From an uncultured Thermoproteaceae archaeon (GTDB taxonomy: Archaea; Thermoproteota; Thermoprotei; Thermoproteales; Thermocladiaceae), in assembly GCA_964575955.1 (NCBI GenBank), contig CAZNTG010000012.1:1-26990 (forward strand): DNA of 26,990 bases. Direction: 5' to 3'. The notes under the pieces were generated by a model that did not search any database, was not told the DNA's origin, and saw only the letters and a program-made list of their open reading frames with translations. The position numbers and the translations under genes were made by a program. This document shows, piece by piece, positions 10,216 through 17,460 of the stretch (positions within the stretch are counted from its first letter, which is position 1; each line of letters opens with the position of its first letter).

Positions 10216-10849
10216 ATTCTCTAGCTAGATCTCTCTCTACAATATCACCGTTAGGTGTCAACTCTTTAAATATCTGTGCTTCAAAGATGTATATTGTAGT
10301 ATATTCATCAGTCCAACAGGTTATTGGCATTAACGCCTTTTCACAAACCTCATTTAGAAATGTCACAACATCCCAACAATACTCAACAGGTACTTGTGGT
10401 AGTAGAAGTCCTGAAAATATACCTCTCTTAACAACTAGACCATGTTTACCAATAATAATCTTAGAGAGATACTCCTTAGGACTTGAAACCTTCAACTCCT
10501 CTAAAGGACTTAAAACAGATACCTCAATAACAATCCTATCAAGTTCACTAGGCTTAACAGGTTCAAATCTTGGATCTTCAGTAGCAGCAGCAATAGCACT
10601 CTCAATAACAGACTTAACAAGTGGCATACCACCCTGTGGAAAACCAATACAACCTCTAAGCTCTGTAAGATCAGGACCATGATACACCTCTAATGTAGTA
10701 AATACACCATAATTAAGATCAAACAATCTTCTAGGAGCATCAGATGGCGGTTCAATCTTTCTACCATTAACAACATACTCATAGATAGCTCTTCTAGCAA
10801 GCTTAACTAGATACTTCCCTTCGTCAAGTGTTAACGGTCTGAAAGACAT
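10169..10849 (-). CDS. AMMECR1 domain protein
   Basis: GVFTTL, LRGCIG, DPRF, EVSVLS, GLLLPQV. Confidence 0.93.
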   Translation of the reverse strand: MSFRPLTLDEGKYLVKLARRAIYEYVVNGRKIEPPSDAPRRLFDLNYGVFTTLEVYHGPDLTELRGCIGFPQGGMPLVKSVIESAIAAATEDPRFEPVKPSELDRIVIEVSVLSPLEELKVSSPKEYLSKIIIGKHGLVVKRGIFSGLLLPQVPVEYCWDVVTFLNEVCEKALMPITCWTDEYTTIYIFEAQIFKELTPNGDIVERDLAREYEERCKGRSTSTHSV

Positions 10850-10885
10850 ATATTGTCAAGATAAATCTTGTAAAATTAATAAGTT

Positions 10886-11140
10886 ATGCTAACAAGAAAA
10901 AACATGAATTACAAATGTACAGTATGTGGACAAGAAATAACTCCTAGAGAAGTTGCATATATTAAAGGTAGTGTTGTTGTATGTATTAAATGCTTACCAA
11001 AATACTACATAAAAAACATATGTCAGATAGTTAATAGAAGATTAAAAGGTGAAGATCACCCATCCTGTAAATACTGTAGATTTTATGAAGAATGTACTAG
11101 ATATATAGAAGAGATAAGAAAAAGCTTAGAAGAGAAATGA
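10886..11140 (+). CDS. Small Cys-rich zinc-binding protein
   Basis: CTVC, CIKC, C, CKYC...C motifs in 84 aa. Confidence 0.7.
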   Translation: MLTRKNMNYKCTVCGQEITPREVAYIKGSVVVCIKCLPKYYIKNICQIVNRRLKGEDHPSCKYCRFYEECTRYIEEIRKSLEEK

Positions 11141-11185
11141 TGAATCCTTCGGCTTACTGAAGATGATGTAAATGACCTGCGCTGA
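11137..11185 (+). ncRNA. Box C/D methylation-guide sRNA
   Basis: C box ATGATGA 11137-43; guide ATCCTTCGGCTTA; D' CTGA 11157-60; C' ATGATGT 11163-69; guide AAATGACCTGCG; D CTGA 11182-85. Confidence 0.88.
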
Positions 11186-11247
11186 AAATAATCATAAAAG
11201 TACAATCATAGCAACAATTATTAATATTTGAAAAATTCTAAAAGATA

Positions 11248-12093
11248 GTGTTGACAATATATAAAGAAGGAGATAGGATACTATACGCACCCTGCATTGG
11301 AGATTGTACAAAATGTCCTGTAAAACATAGAGCAGTAATATACGGACCTGTAAAATCGAGAAGAAGAGGTAGAAGTCTTGGAATAAATCCATTTCCAAAA
11401 TTTAAAGTATGCTCATTCGACTGCATATACTGTCTAAGAGGAAGAACAGTATATAAGGTAGATACACCAGAAAAAGCACCATTACAAATAGATGTTGAAG
11501 ATATATTAAAAATATTGGAAAAAGTACTTAGAGAAGTAGAGACAGACACAATAGACTTATCAGGTAATGGAGAACCAACACTATATCCAAAAATCGGAGA
11601 ATTATGTAGAGAAATTAGTAAAATATGTAGAGAATATTCAATAAAATCATTTGGAATATTTACAAATAGTACAACATTAAAAAATAGAAACATCATAAAC
11701 GCACTAAAATATCTAGATCATATAGAAGCAAAGTTAGATACAGGTATAGAAGATAAGCTATACAAAATAAATAGACCAATAGAGACTATAAAAATTAGAG
11801 ACATAATTGAAGGATTGAAAAATCTAAGAAATATAAATGCTGAAAAAGTGATACAAATACTACTATTCAAATATTATGAAAATGGTATAGAGTTAAAAAA
11901 CTACACATCTGAAGATGCTGAGAAGATTGTAGAAATCTTGAGAATTGTAGAGCCAGATTATATAAACATATATACAATATATAGACCTGTTGAGACTAGG
12001 TATAAACTTCTACAAGTAACATATGAAGAAGTTTATGATTATGTTAAAGTACTTGAGAGTAATGGATTTAAAGTTAGATTATTTCTAACATAG
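11248..12093 (+). CDS. Radical SAM protein (COG0731-like, TYW1-related Fe-S oxidoreductase)
   Basis: YGPVKSRRRGRSLGIN, CSFDCIYC, LSGNGEPTLYP, FTNS, KLD. Confidence 0.88.
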   Translation: MLTIYKEGDRILYAPCIGDCTKCPVKHRAVIYGPVKSRRRGRSLGINPFPKFKVCSFDCIYCLRGRTVYKVDTPEKAPLQIDVEDILKILEKVLREVETDTIDLSGNGEPTLYPKIGELCREISKICREYSIKSFGIFTNSTTLKNRNIINALKYLDHIEAKLDTGIEDKLYKINRPIETIKIRDIIEGLKNLRNINAEKVIQILLFKYYENGIELKNYTSEDAEKIVEILRIVEPDYINIYTIYRPVETRYKLLQVTYEEVYDYVKVLESNGFKVRLFLT

Positions 12094-12107
12094 CTGTAAC
12101 ATCAGGT

Positions 12108-13295
12108 ATGTCTGAGAAATTTAATATAAAGAAGTTAAATTATAAAGCTTTCAGATATTCACAGGTATCAATAGCATTACTATACTTTTCATATGGATTT
12201 CTATATGGATTTCTAGCATGGTATATACCATTTAAACTAGTATTCATGCTAGGACCAATAATAGCAGCAATATTTTTAGTACTTATGCATTTTATAGACA
12301 TATTTCTATCAACTATAGCTAATCAAGTAAAGAAGTTTAAGACTAGGAAAATATTGACTAGTGTTGGAATTATTCTATACTTAATATCTTACATACTTAC
12401 AATACTCTCAGTTACATATAGTAATATCATACTTATATTAATTGCATGTATATGTGTTGGTCTTTCTGCAATAGGCTCAATCCCTCTAAGTTTAATATTA
12501 TTTGAAAATCTACCTGAAGAATATTCATATGAAATATCTTCAATATGCTCAATATTGCTTGTTGTTGGTTGGGGAGTTAGTAGTTCACTAATTGCATACC
12601 TATTTATCCTAGATAAGATCTATGTTATAATTTTAATATCTTCAATATGTACATTATCACTAGCACTATCACTAACTTTGAGAGGTGTTTATAGAGAGAA
12701 TGATAATTCTAAGATTAGTATATTTTCAGCTTTTAGAGAATATATTAAGTCAGGTTTTGAAATTTTGAAAATTAATAATAGAATTGCAATCATGTTACTA
12801 TTAAGCTCACTTGCATGGGGAATAACTTATGAATATTTATCTCCGTATCTTTTTGAAGCTAAACATCTAACTATCCTAAATATTGGTCTACTATTCACAG
12901 CAATGATACTTGTTGGTGGTGTTGTTGATCTAGTTATAGATTCAATCATTGGTATGAATAGTGAATATTTTAGAAATATCGTTATCTTAAGCTCATTTAT
13001 AGGATTTCTATCTTGGATTGCTGTAATATTTGTACCTCCATATCTCGAGATTATACCAATAACAATATCATATTCCTGTCTTAGAATCTCAATATTGAAA
13101 GGATGTTATATATACCTACTATCAACTAGTGATTATGATAAGAAGATAGCTATGTCAGATATATATCATGCATATACAGATTTTCTAAATATTATTGCTG
13201 TAGGTATTGGTGGTGTTCTATATTCAATATTTAGAAGTTTACCAATAATATGCACATCTACACTACAATTACTAACACTTGCAACAGTTATCTAA
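12108..13295 (+). CDS. MFS-type transporter
   Basis: 395 aa with about 12 hydrophobic segments in two halves separated by a hydrophilic loop. Confidence 0.7.
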   Translation: MSEKFNIKKLNYKAFRYSQVSIALLYFSYGFLYGFLAWYIPFKLVFMLGPIIAAIFLVLMHFIDIFLSTIANQVKKFKTRKILTSVGIILYLISYILTILSVTYSNIILILIACICVGLSAIGSIPLSLILFENLPEEYSYEISSICSILLVVGWGVSSSLIAYLFILDKIYVIILISSICTLSLALSLTLRGVYRENDNSKISIFSAFREYIKSGFEILKINNRIAIMLLLSSLAWGITYEYLSPYLFEAKHLTILNIGLLFTAMILVGGVVDLVIDSIIGMNSEYFRNIVILSSFIGFLSWIAVIFVPPYLEIIPITISYSCLRISILKGCYIYLLSTSDYDKKIAMSDIYHAYTDFLNIIAVGIGGVLYSIFRSLPIICTSTLQLLTLATVI

Positions 13296-13860
13296 CTTTA
13301 AAACTTCTTAAACAACCTCTATAGTGCCTAACTGCAGGACATCCAGGACATGTACCTTCTCTAAATCTTCTACATTTCAAACAATCTCTACCACATGGTG
13401 CAACATCATATACCTCCAATGGAATTTTTAGATATAGATAATCTGGAATGTACAATCTGTCTAGTATATATACTTCAACTTTCTCAGCTTCAGGAATCAT
13501 CTTTATAGCACAGTCAAGAGATATACAGTCAATCACTGACTCTTCCTCTGCAATCATCATAGCTATGTATGTTCTAGATCCTGATGATGCAAACATTATC
13601 ATTCTAGGACATTTATAAAATCTTTCTAATATATTTTCAATATTTGAACTACTTCTCAATCTACCAATAACAAGTACTATACCTTTAATAAAATCTTTAC
13701 TAAATAATGCTGTTATTTTTATTGGTAATTTTCTTAATCTTTTTCTAATTGCTGTATGTGATATTCCGACAATCTTCCCAAGATCTCTAATAGACATTCT
13801 ACCATCTTGCTGTAGTGCTGATATTATCATAATGTCAATATTGTCAAGTTTGAACTCCAT
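13288..13860 (-). CDS. Lrp/AsnC-family HTH regulator with C-terminal Cys cluster
   Basis: LDNIDIMIISALQQDGRMS..L...VGISHTAIRKRL; C-terminal CGRDCLKC...CPGCP. Confidence 0.85.
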   Translation of the reverse strand: MEFKLDNIDIMIISALQQDGRMSIRDLGKIVGISHTAIRKRLRKLPIKITALFSKDFIKGIVLVIGRLRSSSNIENILERFYKCPRMIMFASSGSRTYIAMMIAEEESVIDCISLDCAIKMIPEAEKVEVYILDRLYIPDYLYLKIPLEVYDVAPCGRDCLKCRRFREGTCPGCPAVRHYRGCLRSFKVR

Positions 13861-13868
13861 CTAGAAAT

Positions 13869-13882
13869 TTTCCAATTGGAAA
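13869..13882. promoter_or_regulatory. Perfect 14-bp palindrome TTTCCAATTGGAAA, candidate operator
   Basis: Lies in the 68-bp divergent gap between the Lrp regulator and the TSUP transporter. Confidence 0.55.
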
Positions 13883-13928
13883 CTCATATATTTATTTTCC
13901 ATAACTGAGGTTTACAAAATGCAGAAAC

Positions 13929-14738
13929 ATGATGTATATGATAGTAAAGATAATATTACTAATACTCACAGGTATAGCTGCAGGTATTGTAGGTGGTTTT
14001 CTAGGTATCGGTGGTTGTGTAATAATGCTTCCAGCACTAGTATTTCTATTTGGATATTCAGTACCTGTAGCTATAGGTACAACAATTACAGCAGTCATAG
14101 TTACTGCAAGTTCAGGTGCTGCAGCTCATATAAGATTGAAAAATGTAGACTATAAGACTGTGAAGATTGTTGCAATATCTGGAGCTATAGGTTCTGCTGT
14201 TGGTTCAATAATATTTATGTATATTTGGAAACAGACATGGCTTCTAGATCTAATTCTTGGAGGTGCATTTCTATATGTAGCAGTCAGGATGGTGTATGAA
14301 GGATTGAAGAGGGGTAAACTACCTGAGAAAGTTGGTAAAGAAGTTCCTGGTGGCGTAATATCTAAATCTTTGATAGGCTTCTTCATAGGTATAATATCTG
14401 GAATTGTTGGACTTGGAGGAGGTTATGCACTAGTACCAGCATTCATATACATACTAGGATCACCTGTAAAGATTGCTGTAGGAACATCATTACCATCATT
14501 CATATCTATAGCTGTTGTAAGTGCAGGATTTAAAATGTGGCAACATCTTGTAGATCTAGTAGCAGCTGCATGTCTAGGAGGTGGTACAGCTCTAGGTGCT
14601 TGGATTGGTGCATGGCTAGTACCTAGATCACCTGTATGGATTATAAGGCTAGTATTTGGATTTGTATTTCTATTCGTGGCTTTAGAATTCATATTTAAAG
14701 GACTACACCCATTCATACATCACATAGTTATAGTTTAA
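13929..14738 (+). CDS. TSUP / TauE-SafE family sulfur-compound transporter
   Basis: Duplicated GIGGC..LP / GLGGG..VP motifs, AIGT / AVGTS, about 8 TM segments. Confidence 0.9.
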   Translation: MMYMIVKIILLILTGIAAGIVGGFLGIGGCVIMLPALVFLFGYSVPVAIGTTITAVIVTASSGAAAHIRLKNVDYKTVKIVAISGAIGSAVGSIIFMYIWKQTWLLDLILGGAFLYVAVRMVYEGLKRGKLPEKVGKEVPGGVISKSLIGFFIGIISGIVGLGGGYALVPAFIYILGSPVKIAVGTSLPSFISIAVVSAGFKMWQHLVDLVAAACLGGGTALGAWIGAWLVPRSPVWIIRLVFGFVFLFVALEFIFKGLHPFIHHIVIV

Positions 14739-14739
14739 A

Positions 14740-15495
14740 CTATCTAAAAAGCCAATCTTCTCTTGGCATAACTACATCATTTATTGAACATTCTTCACAC
14801 TTCTCATATTCTAAACCTCTAACTATGACTACAGGTATACCTTCATCACCTTGACCCATAACTAGCTCTGCAGCTGCTGCAATCTCATCAACAATACATA
14901 TACTTGTCCTAGTCATCTCATATCCATACCTATCTCTCCTACCTACATAACTTCTAAATGGTCTAATACCCGAAATACCAATTGCAAAATTTACAGCACC
15001 TCTCCTAAATGGTCTACCACACGTATCTGTAATAATTACAGCAACATCTCTACCAGTCAACTCTCTAATTCTAAATCTAACACGTCTAGCAGATTCATCA
15101 GGATTTTTAGGAAGTAGTGCAACTCTAACACCAGAACCATCAACATTAGAGAAATCAACACCAGAATTACCACAAACAATACCTCTAGTGAAAGTAATTA
15201 ATAGACCAGACTTAACCTTCAAAACTTCTCCCTCTCTAATAATAACTTCAACAAGTCTAGGATCTAAATTACATAATTTAGAAATCTCATAAGCCTGAGT
15301 ACTAGGTTTAACATCTCTCAAATCAATAATTAAACCTTCAGCTTTTGATATAATCTTACTAGCAATAACAATAATATCATTATCAAGAATATCAATACCA
15401 CACCTCCTACAAGATTCAACAATCAATAAACCAACATCATCTCCATGCTTAACATCAGGAAAGTCAAAGATAGGAATAATCTCAACCTTCCTCAC
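14740..15495 (-). CDS. cofE: Coenzyme F420-0:L-glutamate ligase
   Basis: SKIISKAEG, NSGVDFSN, LLPKNPD.SA, ITDT.GRPFR.G, DEIAAAA.LVMG. GTG start at 15495 inferred. Confidence 0.9.
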   Translation of the reverse strand: MRKVEIIPIFDFPDVKHGDDVGLLIVESCRRCGIDILDNDIIVIASKIISKAEGLIIDLRDVKPSTQAYEISKLCNLDPRLVEVIIREGEVLKVKSGLLITFTRGIVCGNSGVDFSNVDGSGVRVALLPKNPDESARRVRFRIRELTGRDVAVIITDTCGRPFRRGAVNFAIGISGIRPFRSYVGRRDRYGYEMTRTSICIVDEIAAAAELVMGQGDEGIPVVIVRGLEYEKCEECSINDVVMPREDWLFR

Positions 15496-15560
15496 ACACG
15501 TAAAAAAACAGTATGAAAAAATCAAAATTAACACAGTAAGTATAGAAAACCTACAAGTTC

Positions 15561-15574
15561 AGAAAAGTATAAAT
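15561..15574 (+). promoter_or_regulatory. BRE/TATA promoter of the wHTH gene (probably leaderless)
   Basis: AGAAAAGTATAAAT about 24 bp upstream of ATG 15598. Confidence 0.5.
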
Positions 15575-15597
15575 TTCAGACAAAACATAACTACAAC

Positions 15598-15939
15598 ATG
15601 AATAAAGGTACTGAAAAACTATTCGGTACAGAAGTCGAAGCATTCCTAGGATTGAGATATACAAGAATGCTAGTAAGACTATTAAAAGAAATAGAAAATT
15701 TTGAAAAAGTTAAAAGTAGACCACCATACACAAGAGAAATACTATCAATAATAAAAACATGGACACACGGACACTACATACTAACACTAGCAGAATCATT
15801 AGGATTCATAGAAAGATATGAAGGATATCTAATAAGAAAGAAAGCAAAAATAAAAGTAACATTCAACAAAATAACAGAACTAGGAAGACAATTCATAGAA
15901 ATATACAAACCAATAGAAGAAACAAAAGAAGCAGAATAA
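15598..15939 (+). CDS. Small winged-helix DNA-binding protein
   Basis: Helix-turn-helix then LAESLGFIER, a basic wing and ITELGRQF, typical of MarR/PadR-like wHTH ends. Confidence 0.7.
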   Translation: MNKGTEKLFGTEVEAFLGLRYTRMLVRLLKEIENFEKVKSRPPYTREILSIIKTWTHGHYILTLAESLGFIERYEGYLIRKKAKIKVTFNKITELGRQFIEIYKPIEETKEAE

Positions 15940-15984
15940 AAATACTCAAAGACAGGAAAATCAAACCCTGAATTTATTATACAG

Positions 15985-16086
15985 GGGGCGTTACTAATTT
16001 TTGGTAACACCCCTCAAGAATGTTAGAATGTGTAAAAACCTGATGCAATAATCATCAGAAATTCCAATTTCAATCCTCTTTTTGAG
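15985..16086 (+). repeat. Left arm of a perfect 102-bp inverted repeat
   Basis: GGGGCGTTACTAA...CCAATTTCAATCCTCTTTTTGAG is the base-for-base reverse complement of 17327-17428. Confidence 0.97.
16034..16058 (-). terminator. Candidate pre-crRNA terminator (hairpin + U tract)
   Basis: Minus strand reads CTGATG-attattg-CATCAG-G-TTTTT just after the trailer repeat; identical copy on + at 17355-17379. Confidence 0.5.
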
Positions 16087-17115
16087 ATTCTCGACAATGC
16101 ACATGTCAACACTGGTGGAGGCGTAGAGTGGCTCCTTTCAATCCTCTTTTTGAGATTCAGCATATGCAGACTCCAAGATACGTGAATACCGTGCAACAGA
16201 TGCTTTCAATCCTCTTTTTGAGATTCTGATGCAGGATGAAAAACTTTGGACATCAGAGATTGATCTTGACTTTCAATCCTCTTTTTGAGATTCCTCTGTG
16301 TTGGACTGTACGTGAAGTAGACCAAGTCATAAGTTTTCTTTCAATCCTCTTTTTGAGATTCCAAGAGTACATAGACAGGTTGACAGTGTTTAATGATAGT
16401 TGTGCGTTGTTCTTTCAATCCTCTTTTTGAGATTCGGATACTTCAGACAGCACTCATATACGTGCTCTACAGCTGATGATCTTTCAATCCTCTTTTTGAG
16501 ATTCGAGGATTGAGGCAATGCAGTTCATTGAGGCTTGTAAATCAATCTTTCAATCCTCTTTTTGAGATTCGGAACATTGTCGTGGGGAATAACTTTTGCA
16601 AGCACAAATGCCTTTCAATCCTCTTTTTGAGATTCCCCCGTCTCGGGACTGTGCACTGTGGAGGACATGTGGGACACCTGCTTTCAATCCTCTTTTTGAG
16701 ATTCAGAGTTTTTGGACAAGTATGGAGTCTAGAAAGTTGTGGAGGCTTTCAATCCTCTTTTTGAGATTCGATTAGATGATGATAACATTGTCATAAGAAC
16801 ATCTCAACCTACTTTCAATCCTCTTTTTGAGATTCACTGAATTATTAGAGTACATAGCAAAGAAAGACGGTGAAAGTGAGTCTTTCAATCCTCTTTTTGA
16901 GATTCAACTTTTAATGCTATTAATCAAACAATTTTTGGGAAGTCTTATGTCTTTCAATCCTCTTTTTGAGATTCAATTATACATGATGAGTTTTTACTAG
17001 GCTGATACATGATGAGGACTTTCAATCCTCTTTTTGAGATTCCGTGTCTAAGAACGTCGTTAGAAATCGTAACACCGTCGAAAGTTACGTACTTTCAATC
17101 CTCTTTTTGAGATTC
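16067..17115 (-). CRISPR. CRISPR array: 16 repeats (24 bp, GAATCTCAAAAAGAGGATTGAAAG on -) and 15 spacers of 41-50 bp
   Basis: Repeats start at 16067, 16135, 16203, 16270, 16338, 16412, 16481, 16547, 16612, 16681, 16746, 16812, 16882, 16951, 17019, 17092. The ATTGAAAG handle, the right-hand leader and the mutated left terminal repeat fix the orientation. Confidence 0.99.
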
Positions 17116-17175
17116 TGTTTTCTTGTTTTTTCTGTTTGTTTTTGTTTTGTGTTTTTTCTTAAGTTTTTCCTATTC
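17116..17175 (-). promoter_or_regulatory. CRISPR leader with BRE/TATA
   Basis: Minus strand reads GGAAAAACTTAAG followed by an A-rich tract running into the first repeat. Confidence 0.8.
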
Positions 17176-17215
17176 TACCATTAGAACATCCATAACTCAG
17201 CCCTAAACCATAATA

Positions 17216-17346
17216 GAGACTTCCAAAGAACAATTGAAAATGTTATTATGTGTCAAGTCCGTGAGAAGAAGAGCTACATGAAGGATATTGAGCCTGAGCC
17301 ATTTCTCAGATTCATCTTCATGAAACCTCAAAAAGAGGATTGAAAT
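17216..17346 (+). CRISPR. Degenerate, oppositely oriented mini-array / solitary repeat unit
   Basis: AAACCTCAAAAAGAGGATTGAAAT (17323-46) is 21/24 identical to the repeat. A weaker repeat-like GAGACTTCCAAAGAACAATTGAAAA lies at 17216-40. Confidence 0.5.
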
Positions 17347-17428
17347 TGGAATTTCTGATGATTATTGCATCAGGTTTTTACACATTCTAACATTCTTGAG
17401 GGGTGTTACCAAAAATTAGTAACGCCCC
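17327..17428 (-). repeat. Right arm of a perfect 102-bp inverted repeat
   Basis: Exact reverse complement of 15985-16086. Confidence 0.97.
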
Positions 17429-17460
17429 TTAGCTTTAGTAGTTTTGTATTCCTGAACCTG

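Larger units (their letters stand above)
15985..17428. mobile_element. Putative non-autonomous or invertible CRISPR-array cassette bounded by inverted repeats
   Basis: 102-bp perfect terminal inverted repeats around array + leader. No transposase or cas gene inside, and no target-site duplication seen. Confidence 0.45.

Noticed and set aside
10169-12093. AmmeMemoRadiSam system (AMMECR1 + radical SAM)
   Set aside because: No Memo gene is present and the radical SAM looks COG0731-like rather than AmrS-like.
13869-13883. TTCCAATTGGAAAC as an ORB/mini-ORB replication origin box
   Set aside because: Single copy in a 68-bp gap, with no cdc6 gene, G-string or unwinding element; an operator is the simpler explanation.
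16226-16257. CTGATG...CATCAG in spacer 3 resembling the hairpin in the inverted-repeat arm
   Set aside because: Only 6-8 bp ends match and the interior differs; not a self-targeting spacer.
16505-16513. Spacer starting GAGGATTGA, complementary to 9 nt of the repeat
   Set aside because: Short match; the spacer reads as ordinary coding sequence, so chance is likely.
16236-16764. ORFs 16236-16430 and 16510-16764
   Set aside because: They are translations through CRISPR repeats and spacers.
17261-17281. Mini-ORF GTG AGA AGA AGA GCT ACA TGA inside the degenerate mini-array, reminiscent of the CreT tRNA-sequestering RNA toxin
   Set aside because: AGA is the dominant Arg codon in this window's genes, so it is not rare, and no clear Shine-Dalgarno precedes it.
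15965-17450. Target-site duplication around the cassette
   Set aside because: The left flank ends ...GAATTTATTATACAG and the right flank starts TTAGCTTTAGTAGTT; no direct repeat is visible, which weakens a classic DDE/casposon insertion model.
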